Source: an uncultured Gemmatimonadales bacterium
GTDB lineage: Bacteria > Gemmatimonadota > Gemmatimonadetes > Gemmatimonadales > GWC2-71-9
Assembly (NCBI GenBank): GCA_963771275.1
Contig: CAVYSW010000003.1
Coordinates: 352,001-416,000, forward strand
Reading direction: 5' to 3'
DNA: 64,000 bases
Of this stretch, positions 40,430 through 50,893 are shown one piece after another. The translations under genes and the position numbers were made by a program. Position 1 is the stretch's first letter, and each line of letters begins with the position of its first letter. The notes below the pieces were generated by a model that searched no databases, was not told the DNA's origin, and was given only the letters and a program-made list of their open reading frames with translations.

Positions 40430-41788
40430 CTATTCGCCCATCAGCTCGAAGAACCGCGCAAACACCCGCACGCCCTTCCACACCTGCTCGACCGCGATCT
40501 TCTCGTCGGGCGCGTGCAGCCGGTCGTCGGGCAGACCGATGCCGGACAGCACCACGGGGGCGCCCTCCTTGGCCAGCTGCGGCACGATCGGAATCGACCC
40601 GCCCGACCGCACCGGCACGACGCCGCGGCCCTCGACCTCGTTGAACGCCCGGTCGATCACCGCGATCGGGTGCGACTCGACGTCCACCAGGACCGGGTTG
40701 GCGCCGTGGATGAAGGTCACCTTGGCGTCGGCATAGGCCGGGGTCAGCGCCTTCACCGCCTTCGTCAGCATCGCCTGCACCTTCTTCTCGGTGAGTTTGG
40801 GCACCAGCCGCAGGCTCACCTTTGCGGTCGCCACGGCCGGGATCACCGTCTTCGCGCCCTCGCCGGTGAACCCGCCCATGATCCCGTGGATCTCGAGCGT
40901 CGGCAGCGCCCAGATCCGCTCGAACACCGAGTAACTCTTGATCCCGGTGAGGGCCTTCACCCCCACCTCGTCCTTCACGAACCGCCGCAGGTTGAACGGC
41001 AGCTTCGCCCAGGCGTCGCGCACCTTCTTCGACGGCCGCTCCACCGCCTCGTACAGACCGGGCATCTTGATCCGTCCGTCCGCGCCCTTGAGCCCCGCCA
41101 GAATCCGCGCGAGCGTTTCGTGCGCGTTTGGCGCCACGCCGCCGTACAGCCCCGAATGGAGGTCGCTCTTCGCCGTCCGGACCTTGATCTCCGCGTAGAC
41201 CAGCCCGCGCAGCCCGGTCTCGACCGACGGCCAGCCCGGCGCGTAGTACGGCGTGTCCGCCACGATCACCGCGTCGGCACGCACCCGCTCCGGCTCGCGG
41301 GCGAGCAGATCGAACAGGATCGTGCTGCCCGACTCCTCCTGACCCTCGAGCAGGAACCGCACGTTGACCGGCGGCTTCCCGGCGGCCAGCACCGCCTCGA
41401 GGGCCTTCACCACCGCGAACACCTGGCCCTTGTCGTCCGTCGCCCCGCGGGCGAACAAATCGCCGTTGCGCACCGTCGGCTCGAACGGCGGGCTGGTCCA
41501 CTCGTCCACCGGATCGGGCGGCTGCACGTCGTAGTGCCCGTAGACCAGCACGGTGGGCCTGCCCGGCGCCGCCGGGCCCACCGCCCACACGACAGGGTGG
41601 GTCTCGCTCGCCAGATACTCCACGGTGCAGCCCAGCCTGCGCAGGTGGTCGCCCAGCCACTCGGCGGCCTTGCGGCAGTCGGCGTTGTGCTTGGGATCGG
41701 TCGAGATGCTCGGGATCCGGAGCAGGGCCTTCAGCTCGTCGAGCATTCTCGCCTGGTTGGCATCGACAAACGGTTTGAAGTCGGTCAT
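40430..41788 (-). CDS. M20 family dipeptidase
   Basis: YGHYDVQP, RGATDDKG, EGQEE, DLHSG, HAPDEK. Confidence 0.93.
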   Translation of the reverse strand: MTDFKPFVDANQARMLDELKALLRIPSISTDPKHNADCRKAAEWLGDHLRRLGCTVEYLASETHPVVWAVGPAAPGRPTVLVYGHYDVQPPDPVDEWTSPPFEPTVRNGDLFARGATDDKGQVFAVVKALEAVLAAGKPPVNVRFLLEGQEESGSTILFDLLAREPERVRADAVIVADTPYYAPGWPSVETGLRGLVYAEIKVRTAKSDLHSGLYGGVAPNAHETLARILAGLKGADGRIKMPGLYEAVERPSKKVRDAWAKLPFNLRRFVKDEVGVKALTGIKSYSVFERIWALPTLEIHGIMGGFTGEGAKTVIPAVATAKVSLRLVPKLTEKKVQAMLTKAVKALTPAYADAKVTFIHGANPVLVDVESHPIAVIDRAFNEVEGRGVVPVRSGGSIPIVPQLAKEGAPVVLSGIGLPDDRLHAPDEKIAVEQVWKGVRVFARFFELMGE

Positions 41789-41856
41789 GGCAGTGCGTGG
41801 GTGAAGGTGAGCGGGACCGGGAAGCGGTACGTCGGCGAACCACGACGGAATATACC

Positions 41857-42951
41857 CTACGGACCGCCGCGCTCCAGCAGCCCCTCGAGCACGGCATAGG
41901 GGTCCGCATCCCCCCGCGCGCGCATCGCCCCCGCGATCATCGCCACCGCCTGCCGCACGCCCCCGGCGCGCTGGTAGACGGCCTCGAGCACGTCGAGCCG
42001 CGTGCGGTAGATCCGGGCCGCGATCACGCTGGCGTTGTTGAGCGGGCGCTCGGCCAGGCGCGCGCCGCTGTACACCTCGAGCGCCTCCCCGAGCGGGCCC
42101 GCCAACTCCGCCCGCGCCACCCCGAAAACCCGCGCCCGCCCTTGCTCCAGCGCCGCGTCGCGCGCCCCCGACCGGTACAGCACGGTGAGGCTGTCCGCCA
42201 GGCGTGCGTAGAACGCCGAGAGCCGGACCTCGTCGCGCCAGATCGCCGCCGCCCGCGCCGCCGCCCCCGAGTCCCCCACAGCCCGGAAGAACGCCTCCGC
42301 GCCGCGATAGCCCACCAGCTGCGCGAAGCTCTCGTCGAACGGCGTGGCGCCCGGCACGTACAGCGTCGCGTGCGCCGACTCATGCAGCACGGTCTCCACC
42401 ACGCCCACCCGATCGCCGTCCAGCACCGTCGACAGCAGCGGGTCGCTGAACCAGCCCAGCGTGGAGAACGCGCTCGCCGGCCGGAGGTAGGTGTCGTAGC
42501 CGCGCGCCGCAAACGCCCGCGCCGCGGCCTCCGCACTCGCCAGCGAGAAGTAGCCGCGGTACGGCACCGTCCCCACGATGGGGAAGTGCCAGAGATAGGG
42601 CGTCAGCGCGTCCTTCGGGCTTGCCGACATCACTAGCAGCAGCGTGTCGCGCCCCACCCGCGCGAACGTCGTGTAGGTATCCCCCACGCGCAGCCCCAGC
42701 CCGGTATCGGCATACCCCCGCGCCGCGATCACGAGCGCCGCCTTCTCGCGCCACGCGGCGGGGGCGTCCGGGTCGTTCACCAGATCGGCGAGCGGCCGGC
42801 GACGCAGCAGGATGCGCGCCTCTTCGTACGTCCCGCGCAGCACGAACCGCACGTCGGACGAGACCGCCGCGGCCAGCGCGATCGCCAGGACCAGCGCCAC
42901 AACCAGCCCGAGCACGATCCGGCCGACCAGCCGCCAGGGACGCGCGGCCAT
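41857..42951 (-). CDS. putative zinc aminopeptidase (DUF2265/Aminopep-like)
   Basis: [32 protein letters not shown]...FDES, LNNA; N-terminal TM helix. Confidence 0.88.
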   Translation of the reverse strand: MAARPWRLVGRIVLGLVVALVLAIALAAAVSSDVRFVLRGTYEEARILLRRRPLADLVNDPDAPAAWREKAALVIAARGYADTGLGLRVGDTYTTFARVGRDTLLLVMSASPKDALTPYLWHFPIVGTVPYRGYFSLASAEAAARAFAARGYDTYLRPASAFSTLGWFSDPLLSTVLDGDRVGVVETVLHESAHATLYVPGATPFDESFAQLVGYRGAEAFFRAVGDSGAAARAAAIWRDEVRLSAFYARLADSLTVLYRSGARDAALEQGRARVFGVARAELAGPLGEALEVYSGARLAERPLNNASVIAARIYRTRLDVLEAVYQRAGGVRQAVAMIAGAMRARGDADPYAVLEGLLERGGP

Positions 42952-43030
42952 CACCAGGCCGACCGGCGGTGACCCGGCGCCGCGAGCCGTTTCATGCACC
43001 CGCCTTCATCAGCCACGATGACCGACCACC

Positions 43031-43146
43031 TGCACCGCAGAGCACGCAGAGCCCAGAGGGCTGCGGGATACTGGGTTGACGAGGCTTGGGAGCCTGATAC
43101 GTACGAACGCTGACTTCCCTGCGTTCTCTGCGATCTCTGCCGTGCA
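43031..43146. repeat. imperfect inverted-repeat element built of 9-nt GCAGAG units
   Basis: Left arm TGCACCGCAGAGCACGCAGAG; reverse complement of right arm TGCACGGCAGAGATCGCAGAG. Confidence 0.6.
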
Positions 43147-43175
43147 TCCGCCCCGGCAGCGTCCGCCCCGGAGCG

Positions 43176-44138
43176 TCACAGAATGAGCCGCAGCCCGATC
43201 CGCTGCGAGCCGTCCCCCAGCAGGTCGATCGGCTCGTAGGCGTAGTCCACCGTCAAGCCGCCGAGCGCGAGGCTCAGGCCGACCGTGAAATGCGACGTGT
43301 CGGTGCCGGCTTCCCTGGTGCCGTACGCCCCACGACCGAGCAGGCCGATCCCGTGCACGACCACGCCGCCTTCCACGCCCGCCACGAAGCGTGCGTGCCG
43401 CTCCTGCGGCCACTGCAGCTCGAGGGTGGACAGCAGCCGGTAGGTCTCCTGGGGATCGACGTAGTTCATCGTGAACCCCAGGCGGGTGAGCCGCGGCATG
43501 GCAAGCGTGCTCGCCGAGCGCCAGTTGCCGCTCACGTTCTGCACCGCGAACCCGAGCGCGGCAATGTCGAACACGGCCACCGTGAGGCCGAGGTCGCCGG
43601 AGACGCCGCGATCCTGCACGTCCGCCACGCGCTGGTCGACCAGCTTGACCGCGCCGCCGGCGGCCAGCAGCCCCCAGCGGTAGATCAGGCTCCCGACCCC
43701 GAGAAACTCCCGCGCGCTCACGCTGCCGCCGGTGGGCAGGCCCGTGATGCCGCCCGTCGCGGGGTCGGGCACGATCTCCGGCTCGGAGCCGAAATCGAAG
43801 TACTTCATCCCGCCCCCCACGCTGAACTGCCCGAGCCGGAAGGTGAGCGCCCCGGTGGTCTGGTAGGAATCGAACGGTCCCGCGAAGAACCCCGCCTCCA
43901 GCGCGAGATGGGGCGCGAAGGCGAGGGCCGTGGGGTTCGTGAACACCGACGCGGCATCGCCCATCAACGCGGCACCGGCGCCGTTCAGCCCCGTGCCGCG
44001 CACGGAATTCTGCGTCCGGAGAATGACCGGGCCGTCGGCGCCCGCCGCCTGGGCCCGCGCCTGCCCTCCGAACAGCAGCACCGCTCCCGCGATCATCCCG
44101 GCGGCCCAACGCCCCGTTCCGCAGTCTGCAATCTGCAT
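43176..44138 (-). CDS. PorV/PorQ (FadL-like) outer-membrane beta-barrel
   Basis: Signal peptide; RGTGLNGA...DAASVFTNPTAL plug motif; amphipathic strands; VDYAY and terminal IGLRL. Confidence 0.75.
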   Translation of the reverse strand: MQIADCGTGRWAAGMIAGAVLLFGGQARAQAAGADGPVILRTQNSVRGTGLNGAGAALMGDAASVFTNPTALAFAPHLALEAGFFAGPFDSYQTTGALTFRLGQFSVGGGMKYFDFGSEPEIVPDPATGGITGLPTGGSVSAREFLGVGSLIYRWGLLAAGGAVKLVDQRVADVQDRGVSGDLGLTVAVFDIAALGFAVQNVSGNWRSASTLAMPRLTRLGFTMNYVDPQETYRLLSTLELQWPQERHARFVAGVEGGVVVHGIGLLGRGAYGTREAGTDTSHFTVGLSLALGGLTVDYAYEPIDLLGDGSQRIGLRLIL

Positions 44139-44150
44139 GCTGCCTTCGAA

Positions 44151-46337
44151 TCACTGGATCCGGATCACGTTGAGCCGCGCCCCGATCGCGGCCGGAAGCG
44201 CCGCACCACCCGGCCCCGTCAGCAGCACCGTGAACCCCTTCTCGCCGGCCGCCTGCACCACCCGGAAATAGTCGCCGGAGCCCGCCAGCAGCGTCCCGCT
44301 GAACGCGAACGTCCCGCCGTTGACCTCCAGCGGCACCAGCGGGAACACCAGCGGGAAGCGTGCCGGCAGCTGGTCGTGGAGCGACTGGTAGGTCGTACGG
44401 AAATGCCACGTCTGGTACGTCAGCCGCGCGGGCGGCGTGAATCCCGGCAGATCCGATACGTAGTTCGCCAGGAACCACTGCGAGGCGAGCTTGCTGAACG
44501 GCTCGCCGGTCACCGCAACGACGTTGTCGGCCCCGGTACGGTCGGTCTCGTCGAGCCGGCGCGTGAGATCCTCACCGTACTGATCCCGCAGCCAGCGCAG
44601 GAACGCCCACGACGCACCACGCTCCTCGAGCGACCCGGTGCCCTCGGTCGGGAGCAGGAACACCGCGCCGGGATCCAGCAGGTAGAGGTAGTTGTTGTAC
44701 ACATCCCCGATCGCGAATTGCGAAAACAGGTCGTCGCGGCCCAGCGCCTCGAAGTGCAGGCCGCCAAGCTCCTCGGCCGTGTGCGACAGCCCCTCGTTGA
44801 GCCACAGGATCTCGGACGCCCCCCCGCGCACCAGCACGTGCTGGTTGTAGCTGATCATATGCTGGAACTCGTGGATGAACGTCACCGGCACCAGCCGCCG
44901 CACGCTCTCCGTGCTCAGATTGCACGTCACCGTGCCCGCCGGATCGGGCGCGATGGCGTAGAACACCTCGCCCTTGTTCGACCGGGAGTCCATCTGAAAC
45001 AGCGGGTCGATGTCGATGCCGAAGAAGTAGCCGGTGATCACCGACGTCGCGCACTGATCCCGCGGCGTCAGGCGGTTCACCGCGGGCGTGAACAGCACGA
45101 TCACGACCCCGTTGGCGTCGATATCCGACTCCGAGCCGAAGGCCCGGGTGTCCACGTCGTACAGATCCTGATCGAACATCATGCCGACGGAGTCGTAGTC
45201 GGCGGCCGTGAACCCGGCCGGGGCCGCATCGTCGGTGAACAGCGCCGCGTGCAGACCGACGTACTCGGCCCGCGCCGTCACCGCCGAGAAGTCCGTCGCG
45301 GCCGAGCACGGGATGTTGGTGCAGACCTGGAAGGTCCGTTTGTCGCCCACCTTCACGGTCACCTGGGCACTCGGCGCAAGCAACGCGGCCGACACCGGGG
45401 CGCGCGGCAGCAGCGAGGCCGCGCGCTCCTGCGCCCGAAGCAGGTCGTGGAACCGCGTCGCGAACGGCACGGCGGTCGGATGCGGCTCCGCCGCGCTGAG
45501 CGCGACCACCACGGAATCACCCTGCAGCCGGTACGACGCCGACACCCCCGGGGTGCCGGTCGTGGACTGCGCGGCGAGTAGGTACTCGGCACCGCTCGGC
45601 CCGGCGTCGGCGAACGCGGCGCACCCCGCCAGCTGCGCCGGGTCCAGCGACGCGTACTCACCCACCGCCAGCGCCAGGGGGGCCGCCGACGCCGTGTACG
45701 TGGCCTGCAGCGCGTTGCTCCAGGCGCCCTGCACCTGCGCCCTGACCGACACGGTCCCCGGCGCGAGACAGATCGGCGCGACCACCGTGAGCTGCGTCGC
45801 GCTGCCGCTCACCACCAGCGCGGGCGAGCCCGCGATCTCCACCTCCGCCGCCGCGCCCAGCGCCGAGCCGCTGAGCTGCACCGTATCGCCCGCGGCGAAC
45901 GTCGCGGGGGCGACACCGGCCAGCGTCGGCGCGGCGCCCGCCGTCGCCGTGAACACGACCGCCTGGGCCGGCAACGCGGCAAGCGCCGCCTGCACGCGGT
46001 ATTCGCCGGCGGCCGGACCCAGCCGGAGCGCCGCCTCCGCCCGCCCCAGCCCGTCGGCCAGCGTCACCGAATCAGACAGCGTGGCACCGGCCCCCGTCGT
46101 CACCGTCCACCGCACCCGGGCGCGCGGCACTTCCAGGCCGCTCGTGGCCCGCGCGACCACCGCGAGCGCCTGGGGCAGCGCCGCCCCCGCCGGCGCCGTC
46201 TGCCCGTTCGTGGCGGCGACGATCTCGAGCGTCGCGGCCTCCGGCAGGGGCTCCGCGCCACCGCACGCCGCGAGCGCGACGACAACGCCCCCATAACCGA
46301 TCCCGCGCCGCATTCCCTTCCCCAGCGTCAGCTGCAT
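44151..46337 (-). CDS. lipoprotein zinc metallopeptidase (M30-like) with Ig-like/IPT domains
   Basis: Lipobox LAAC; Ig-like N-terminal region; HEFQHMI...WLNEGLSH zinc motif; alternative start 46313. Confidence 0.82.
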   Translation of the reverse strand: MQLTLGKGMRRGIGYGGVVVALAACGGAEPLPEAATLEIVAATNGQTAPAGAALPQALAVVARATSGLEVPRARVRWTVTTGAGATLSDSVTLADGLGRAEAALRLGPAAGEYRVQAALAALPAQAVVFTATAGAAPTLAGVAPATFAAGDTVQLSGSALGAAAEVEIAGSPALVVSGSATQLTVVAPICLAPGTVSVRAQVQGAWSNALQATYTASAAPLALAVGEYASLDPAQLAGCAAFADAGPSGAEYLLAAQSTTGTPGVSASYRLQGDSVVVALSAAEPHPTAVPFATRFHDLLRAQERAASLLPRAPVSAALLAPSAQVTVKVGDKRTFQVCTNIPCSAATDFSAVTARAEYVGLHAALFTDDAAPAGFTAADYDSVGMMFDQDLYDVDTRAFGSESDIDANGVVIVLFTPAVNRLTPRDQCATSVITGYFFGIDIDPLFQMDSRSNKGEVFYAIAPDPAGTVTCNLSTESVRRLVPVTFIHEFQHMISYNQHVLVRGGASEILWLNEGLSHTAEELGGLHFEALGRDDLFSQFAIGDVYNNYLYLLDPGAVFLLPTEGTGSLEERGASWAFLRWLRDQYGEDLTRRLDETDRTGADNVVAVTGEPFSKLASQWFLANYVSDLPGFTPPARLTYQTWHFRTTYQSLHDQLPARFPLVFPLVPLEVNGGTFAFSGTLLAGSGDYFRVVQAAGEKGFTVLLTGPGGAALPAAIGARLNVIRIQ

Positions 46338-46409
46338 GATTCCGCCGCTCCCTTGGGCGTGGCTCTGTAACCTCCGGAATGACATGAACATACGCCGCTC
46401 GAGTCCGTT

Positions 46410-46438
46410 TTGACAACACCGCGGGCCCGCGGTAGCTT
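46410..46438 (+). promoter_or_regulatory. putative sigma70 promoter for dnaE
   Basis: TTGACA-17nt-TAGCTT, ending 11 nt before the ATG. Confidence 0.65.
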
Positions 46439-46449
46439 ACCACGGTTCC

Positions 46450-49400
46450 ATGGCGTTCGCTCACCTCCACACCCACTCCGAGTACTCGCTCCTCGACGGC
46501 GCCAACCGGATTCCCGACTTGGTGGCCCGCGTCAAGGAGCTGGGGATGGACAGCCTCGCGGTTACCGACCACGGGAATCTCCACGCCGCCTGGTCGTTCT
46601 ACGAGACCGCCCGGGCCCAGGGCATCCGGCCCATCATCGGCTGCGAAGCGTACGTGGCGTTCGGGCCCCGCCAGGCGCGGGAGAAGCCACCCGACGCCCC
46701 CGCCAACTACTCGCACCTCGTGCTGCTCGTCCGCAACGCGACCGGCTACCGCAACCTCATCAAGCTGTCGTCGCTCGGCTACCTCGAGGGCTACTACCGT
46801 CGGCCCCGCATCGATCACGACGCCCTCGTCCAGCACCACGAGGGATTGATCGCCCTCGCCGCGTGCCTGTCGGGCGAGATCGCCCTGTACCTGCGGCAGC
46901 AGCACTACGAGCAGGCGAAGCGCGCCGCCGAGTGGTTCGCCCAGTGCTTCGGACCGGACGGATTCTGGCTCGAGGTCCAGGACCACGGCATCCCCGAAGA
47001 GCGGATCGTGCGCGACGGCATGCTGCGCCTGGGACAGGAGCTCGGGCTGCCGATCGTGGCGACCAACGACGCGCACTACCTGCGCCGCGAGGACCACGAA
47101 GCGCACGACTGCCTGCTCGCCATCGGCACCGGCAAGGACCTCGACGACCCCGCGCGGTTCCGGTTCGTCGGGCAGGAGAGCTACATCAAGTCCGAGGCCG
47201 AGATGGCGGCGCTGTTCCCCGACCACCTTGACATGCTCGCCAACACGCAGCGCGTCGCCGACCTGTGCGAGTTCGACTTCGAGAAGCGCTACTACCTGCC
47301 GCAGTTTCCCCGGCCCGCGGCCTACGCCACCGACAACGACCTGCTCGTCGAGCTGGCCACGCGCGGCGCCGAGGCGCGCTACGGCAGCCCGCTCCCCGCC
47401 GCGGCGGCGGAGCGGCTCGCCTACGAGCTCGGCGTCATCACGACCACCGGCTACGCGGGCTACTTCCTGATCGTCCAGGATTTCATCAATGCCGCGCGCG
47501 CGCGCGGCATTCCGGTGGGCCCCGGACGCGGGTCCGCCGCGGGCTCGCTGGTCGCCTACGCGCTCGGCATCACCAACGTCGATCCGCTCCGCTTCGACCT
47601 CCTGTTCGAGCGCTTTCTCAACCCCGAGCGCGTGTCCATGCCGGACATCGACGTGGACTTCTGCTTCGAGCGCCGCGGCGAGGTGATCGAGTACGTGCGC
47701 GAGCGTTACGGCCGGTCCAGCGTCGGCCAGATCATCACGTTCGGCACGCTCAAGGCGCGGGCGGCGCTGCGCGACATCGCGCGCGTGCTGCGCGTGAGCC
47801 CCGCCGACGCCGACCGCATGGCGAAGCTCGTCCCCTCGGGTCCGGCCTTCAGCCTGTCCGTCGCCGAAGCCGCCCGGCGCGTCCCGGAGCTGCGCGCGCT
47901 CGTCGCAGCGGACCCCACCGCCGCCCGCGTCGTCGACCTGGCGCAGCGCATCGAGGGGCTGTCACGTCACGCCTCGGTCCACGCGGCCGGGATCGTGATC
48001 GCGCCCGGCCCGCTCCAGGACTACGTGCCGGTGTGCACGGCGCCGCAGCGCGGCAACGGCGCGCAGGGCGAGGAAGCCATCATCACCCAGTACGACATGA
48101 TCGGCCTCGAGAAGGTCGGCATGCTCAAGATGGACTTCCTCGGCCTGCGCACGCTCACCGTGATCCACGACGCGGTCGCCATGATCCGGGAGCGCCGCGG
48201 CGTCACCGTCGACCCCGACGCGATCGACCTCGACGATCCCGCGGTTTACGCGCTGCTCCGCACGGGCCGGACCGCCGGGGTCTTCCAGTTCGAGTCGCCG
48301 CTCGCCACCGACACGCTGCGCCAGATGCGCTGCGACCGGTTCGACGACCTGGTCGCGACCAACGCGCTGCTCCGCCCCGGCCCGCTCGACTCCGGCATGC
48401 ACCTCGTGTTCATCCGCCGCAAGCGTGGCGAGGAGCCGACCCGGTTTCCCCACCCGGCGCTCAAGGAGGTGCTCGCGCCCACCTACGGCGTGATCGTCTA
48501 TCAGGAGCAGGTGATGCGGATCGCGAACATCCTGGCGGGGTTCTCGCTCGCCGAGGCCGACGTGCTCCGCAAGGCGGTGGGGAAGAAGGATGCCGACGCG
48601 CTGCGCCGCGAGCTGGGCCGGTTCATGGAGCGGGCCGTCGCGCTGGGGCACGACCGCGGGGTGATCGACGACCTCGCCGCGCAGATCGAGACGTTCGGCC
48701 GCTACGGCTTCCCCAAGGCGCACAGCGTCGCCTACAGCATCATCTCGTTCCAGACCGCGTGGCTCAAGGCCCACTACCCGGCCGAGTTCATGGCCGCCCT
48801 GCTGTCGTCCGAGATCGGCAACACCGACAAGGTGGTCGAGTACATCAACGAAGCGCGCGAGATGGGGCTCCAGGTGCTGCCGCCGTCGGTGAACGAGTCG
48901 GGCTGGAAGTTCACGGTGACGGCGGACGACGAGATCCGCTTCGGACTCGGCGCAGTGCGCAACGTCGGCCGGGGCGCAATCGAGTCGATCCTCGAGGCCC
49001 GCGCCAGCGCGGGGCCGTCCACCGGCCTGGCCGATTTCTGCGACCGCGTCGACCTGCGGCTGTGCAACAAGCGCGTCATCGAGTCGCTCATCGCGGCCGG
49101 CGCGTTCGACCAGGTCGGCGGCCATCGGGCACAGCTGCTGGCGGCGCTCGACGTCGCCCTGGGCGAGGCCCAGCTGCGGCAGGTCGAGCGCGAGTCCGGC
49201 CAGGGCTCCCTGTTCGGCGCCCTCGCGCACGCCGCGCCCCAGGCGGCGTTGGTCCCCCTGCCCGACGTGCCGCCCTGGACCGAGGCGGAGCGGCTCGCCA
49301 AGGAGCGGGACGTGGTGGGCTTCTTCATCTCGGGCCACCCGCTGGAGCGATTCCGGGACGAGGTCGCCCTGTTCGGCACGCGCACCACCGCCACCCTCGG

Positions 49401-49932
49401 GACGTGGAGTGAGCATCAGGTGATTGCGGCGGTGATCGTGACGGCGGTCAAGCGCCAGATCAGCCGGAAGACGGGGGCCGAATACGCCCGGCTCACGGTC
49501 GAGGATTTCCACGGGACGGCCGAGGCTCTGGTGTTTCCCGAGGCGTGGAGCAAGCTTTCCCGGGTCATCTTGCCCGACGCCGCCCTGCTGCTCACGGGGA
49601 GCTACAGCCCGCGGGACCGCGGCGAAGACCGCGCGCCGTTCATCGTGGATGACGCCGCCCCGCTCGCCGACCTGCGGGCGCAGGGCCAGGTGGGTGTCGA
49701 GCTGGGCTGGGGCGGCAGCGGCGCGCCGGACGGCGAGGCCGCGCGTGCCGTGCGCGCGCTGTGCGCCGCCCACCCGGGCCCGGCCCCCGTGTTCGTCGCG
49801 TGGAATGACGGCAACGGGACCACGGCGCGCTTGCGCGCCCGCGGGCTGCGTGTCGACTTGAGCGGCCCGCTGCTCGACGCGCTCCGCGGGGTGCTCGGGA
49901 CCGATCGCGTCCGGCTCACGAAGGCGAGGTGA
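46450..49932 (+). CDS. dnaE: DNA polymerase III alpha subunit
   Basis: HLHTHSEYSLLDG PHP domain, GPGRGSAAGS, MPDIDVDF, KMDFLGL, OB fold. Confidence 0.98.
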   Translation: MAFAHLHTHSEYSLLDGANRIPDLVARVKELGMDSLAVTDHGNLHAAWSFYETARAQGIRPIIGCEAYVAFGPRQAREKPPDAPANYSHLVLLVRNATGYRNLIKLSSLGYLEGYYRRPRIDHDALVQHHEGLIALAACLSGEIALYLRQQHYEQAKRAAEWFAQCFGPDGFWLEVQDHGIPEERIVRDGMLRLGQELGLPIVATNDAHYLRREDHEAHDCLLAIGTGKDLDDPARFRFVGQESYIKSEAEMAALFPDHLDMLANTQRVADLCEFDFEKRYYLPQFPRPAAYATDNDLLVELATRGAEARYGSPLPAAAAERLAYELGVITTTGYAGYFLIVQDFINAARARGIPVGPGRGSAAGSLVAYALGITNVDPLRFDLLFERFLNPERVSMPDIDVDFCFERRGEVIEYVRERYGRSSVGQIITFGTLKARAALRDIARVLRVSPADADRMAKLVPSGPAFSLSVAEAARRVPELRALVAADPTAARVVDLAQRIEGLSRHASVHAAGIVIAPGPLQDYVPVCTAPQRGNGAQGEEAIITQYDMIGLEKVGMLKMDFLGLRTLTVIHDAVAMIRERRGVTVDPDAIDLDDPAVYALLRTGRTAGVFQFESPLATDTLRQMRCDRFDDLVATNALLRPGPLDSGMHLVFIRRKRGEEPTRFPHPALKEVLAPTYGVIVYQEQVMRIANILAGFSLAEADVLRKAVGKKDADALRRELGRFMERAVALGHDRGVIDDLAAQIETFGRYGFPKAHSVAYSIISFQTAWLKAHYPAEFMAALLSSEIGNTDKVVEYINEAREMGLQVLPPSVNESGWKFTVTADDEIRFGLGAVRNVGRGAIESILEARASAGPSTGLADFCDRVDLRLCNKRVIESLIAAGAFDQVGGHRAQLLAALDVALGEAQLRQVERESGQGSLFGALAHAAPQAALVPLPDVPPWTEAERLAKERDVVGFFISGHPLERFRDEVALFGTRTTATLGTWSEHQVIAAVIVTAVKRQISRKTGAEYARLTVEDFHGTAEALVFPEAWSKLSRVILPDAALLLTGSYSPRDRGEDRAPFIVDDAAPLADLRAQGQVGVELGWGGSGAPDGEAARAVRALCAAHPGPAPVFVAWNDGNGTTARLRARGLRVDLSGPLLDALRGVLGTDRVRLTKAR

Positions 49933-49934
49933 CC

Positions 49935-50891
49935 ATGGCGTTCGAGCTGGATTTCGAGAAACCGCTGATCGACCTGGAGCGCCAGATCGCGCACTTGAAG
50001 CGGCTTGCGCTCGACCAGCGGCTCGACGTCCAATGGGAGATCGCGCCCCTCGAGCAGCGTCTCGGTGAGCTGCGCCGCGAGATCTACCGCGACCTGTCGC
50101 CGATCCAGCGGGTGCAGGTGGCCCGCCACCCCCGCCGCCCCTACACCATCGACTACCTCGGGTCGGTGTTCACCGACTTCATGGAGCTCAAGGGCGACCG
50201 CCTGTTCCGCGACGACCCCGCCATCGTGGCCGGCTGGGCCCGGCTCGGCGATCAGCCGGTCATCGTCATCGGCCAGCAGAAGGGGCGCGACACCAAGGAG
50301 AACCTCCGCCGCAACTTCGGCATGCCGCACCCCGAGGGCTACCGCAAGGCGCTCCGCCTGATGCACACGGCCGAGCGCTTCGGCACCCCCGTCATCACGC
50401 TGATCGACACGCCGGGCGCCTACCCGGGCCTCGGCGCCGAGGAGCGCGGCCAGGCCGAGGCGATCGCCAAGAACCTCGAGGAGATGGCCCGCCTGCGCAC
50501 CCCGCTCGTGGCCGCCATCATCGGTGAAGGCGGCTCGGGCGGGGCGCTCGCCCTCGGGCTCGCCGACCGCGTCCTGATGCTGGAGAACGCGGTCTACTCG
50601 GTGATTTCCCCCGAGGGATGCGCCGCCATTCTGTGGAAGGACGCCGGGCAGAAGGAGCGGGCGGCCCAGGCGCTCCGCCTCACCGCGGCCGACCTGCTGG
50701 AGCTGGGCGTGATCGATGTCATCGTGCCCGAGCCCGACGGCGGTGCGCACGCCGACCCCGACGGCGCCGCCCAGGCGCTCGGCCAGGCACTGCGCCACGC
50801 GGTCGACGAGCTGACCCCCGTTCCCCACGACCAGCTGCTCGCCCAGCGTGCCGAGAAGTTCCTCCGCATGGGACAGTTCACCACCCGCTGA
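49935..50891 (+). CDS. accA: acetyl-CoA carboxylase carboxyltransferase alpha
   Basis: LDFEKP, ARHPRRP, PEGYRKA, DTPGAYPG, GEGGSGGAL, SPEGCA. Confidence 0.97.
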   Translation: MAFELDFEKPLIDLERQIAHLKRLALDQRLDVQWEIAPLEQRLGELRREIYRDLSPIQRVQVARHPRRPYTIDYLGSVFTDFMELKGDRLFRDDPAIVAGWARLGDQPVIVIGQQKGRDTKENLRRNFGMPHPEGYRKALRLMHTAERFGTPVITLIDTPGAYPGLGAEERGQAEAIAKNLEEMARLRTPLVAAIIGEGGSGGALALGLADRVLMLENAVYSVISPEGCAAILWKDAGQKERAAQALRLTAADLLELGVIDVIVPEPDGGAHADPDGAAQALGQALRHAVDELTPVPHDQLLAQRAEKFLRMGQFTTR

Positions 50892-50893
50892 CC

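Noticed and set aside
36756..43146. CRISPR array among the short repeats
   Set aside because: There is no constant repeat with unique spacers and no cas gene in the window.
46450..49932. Intein in dnaE
   Set aside because: The length (1160 aa) is normal and no intein motifs are visible.
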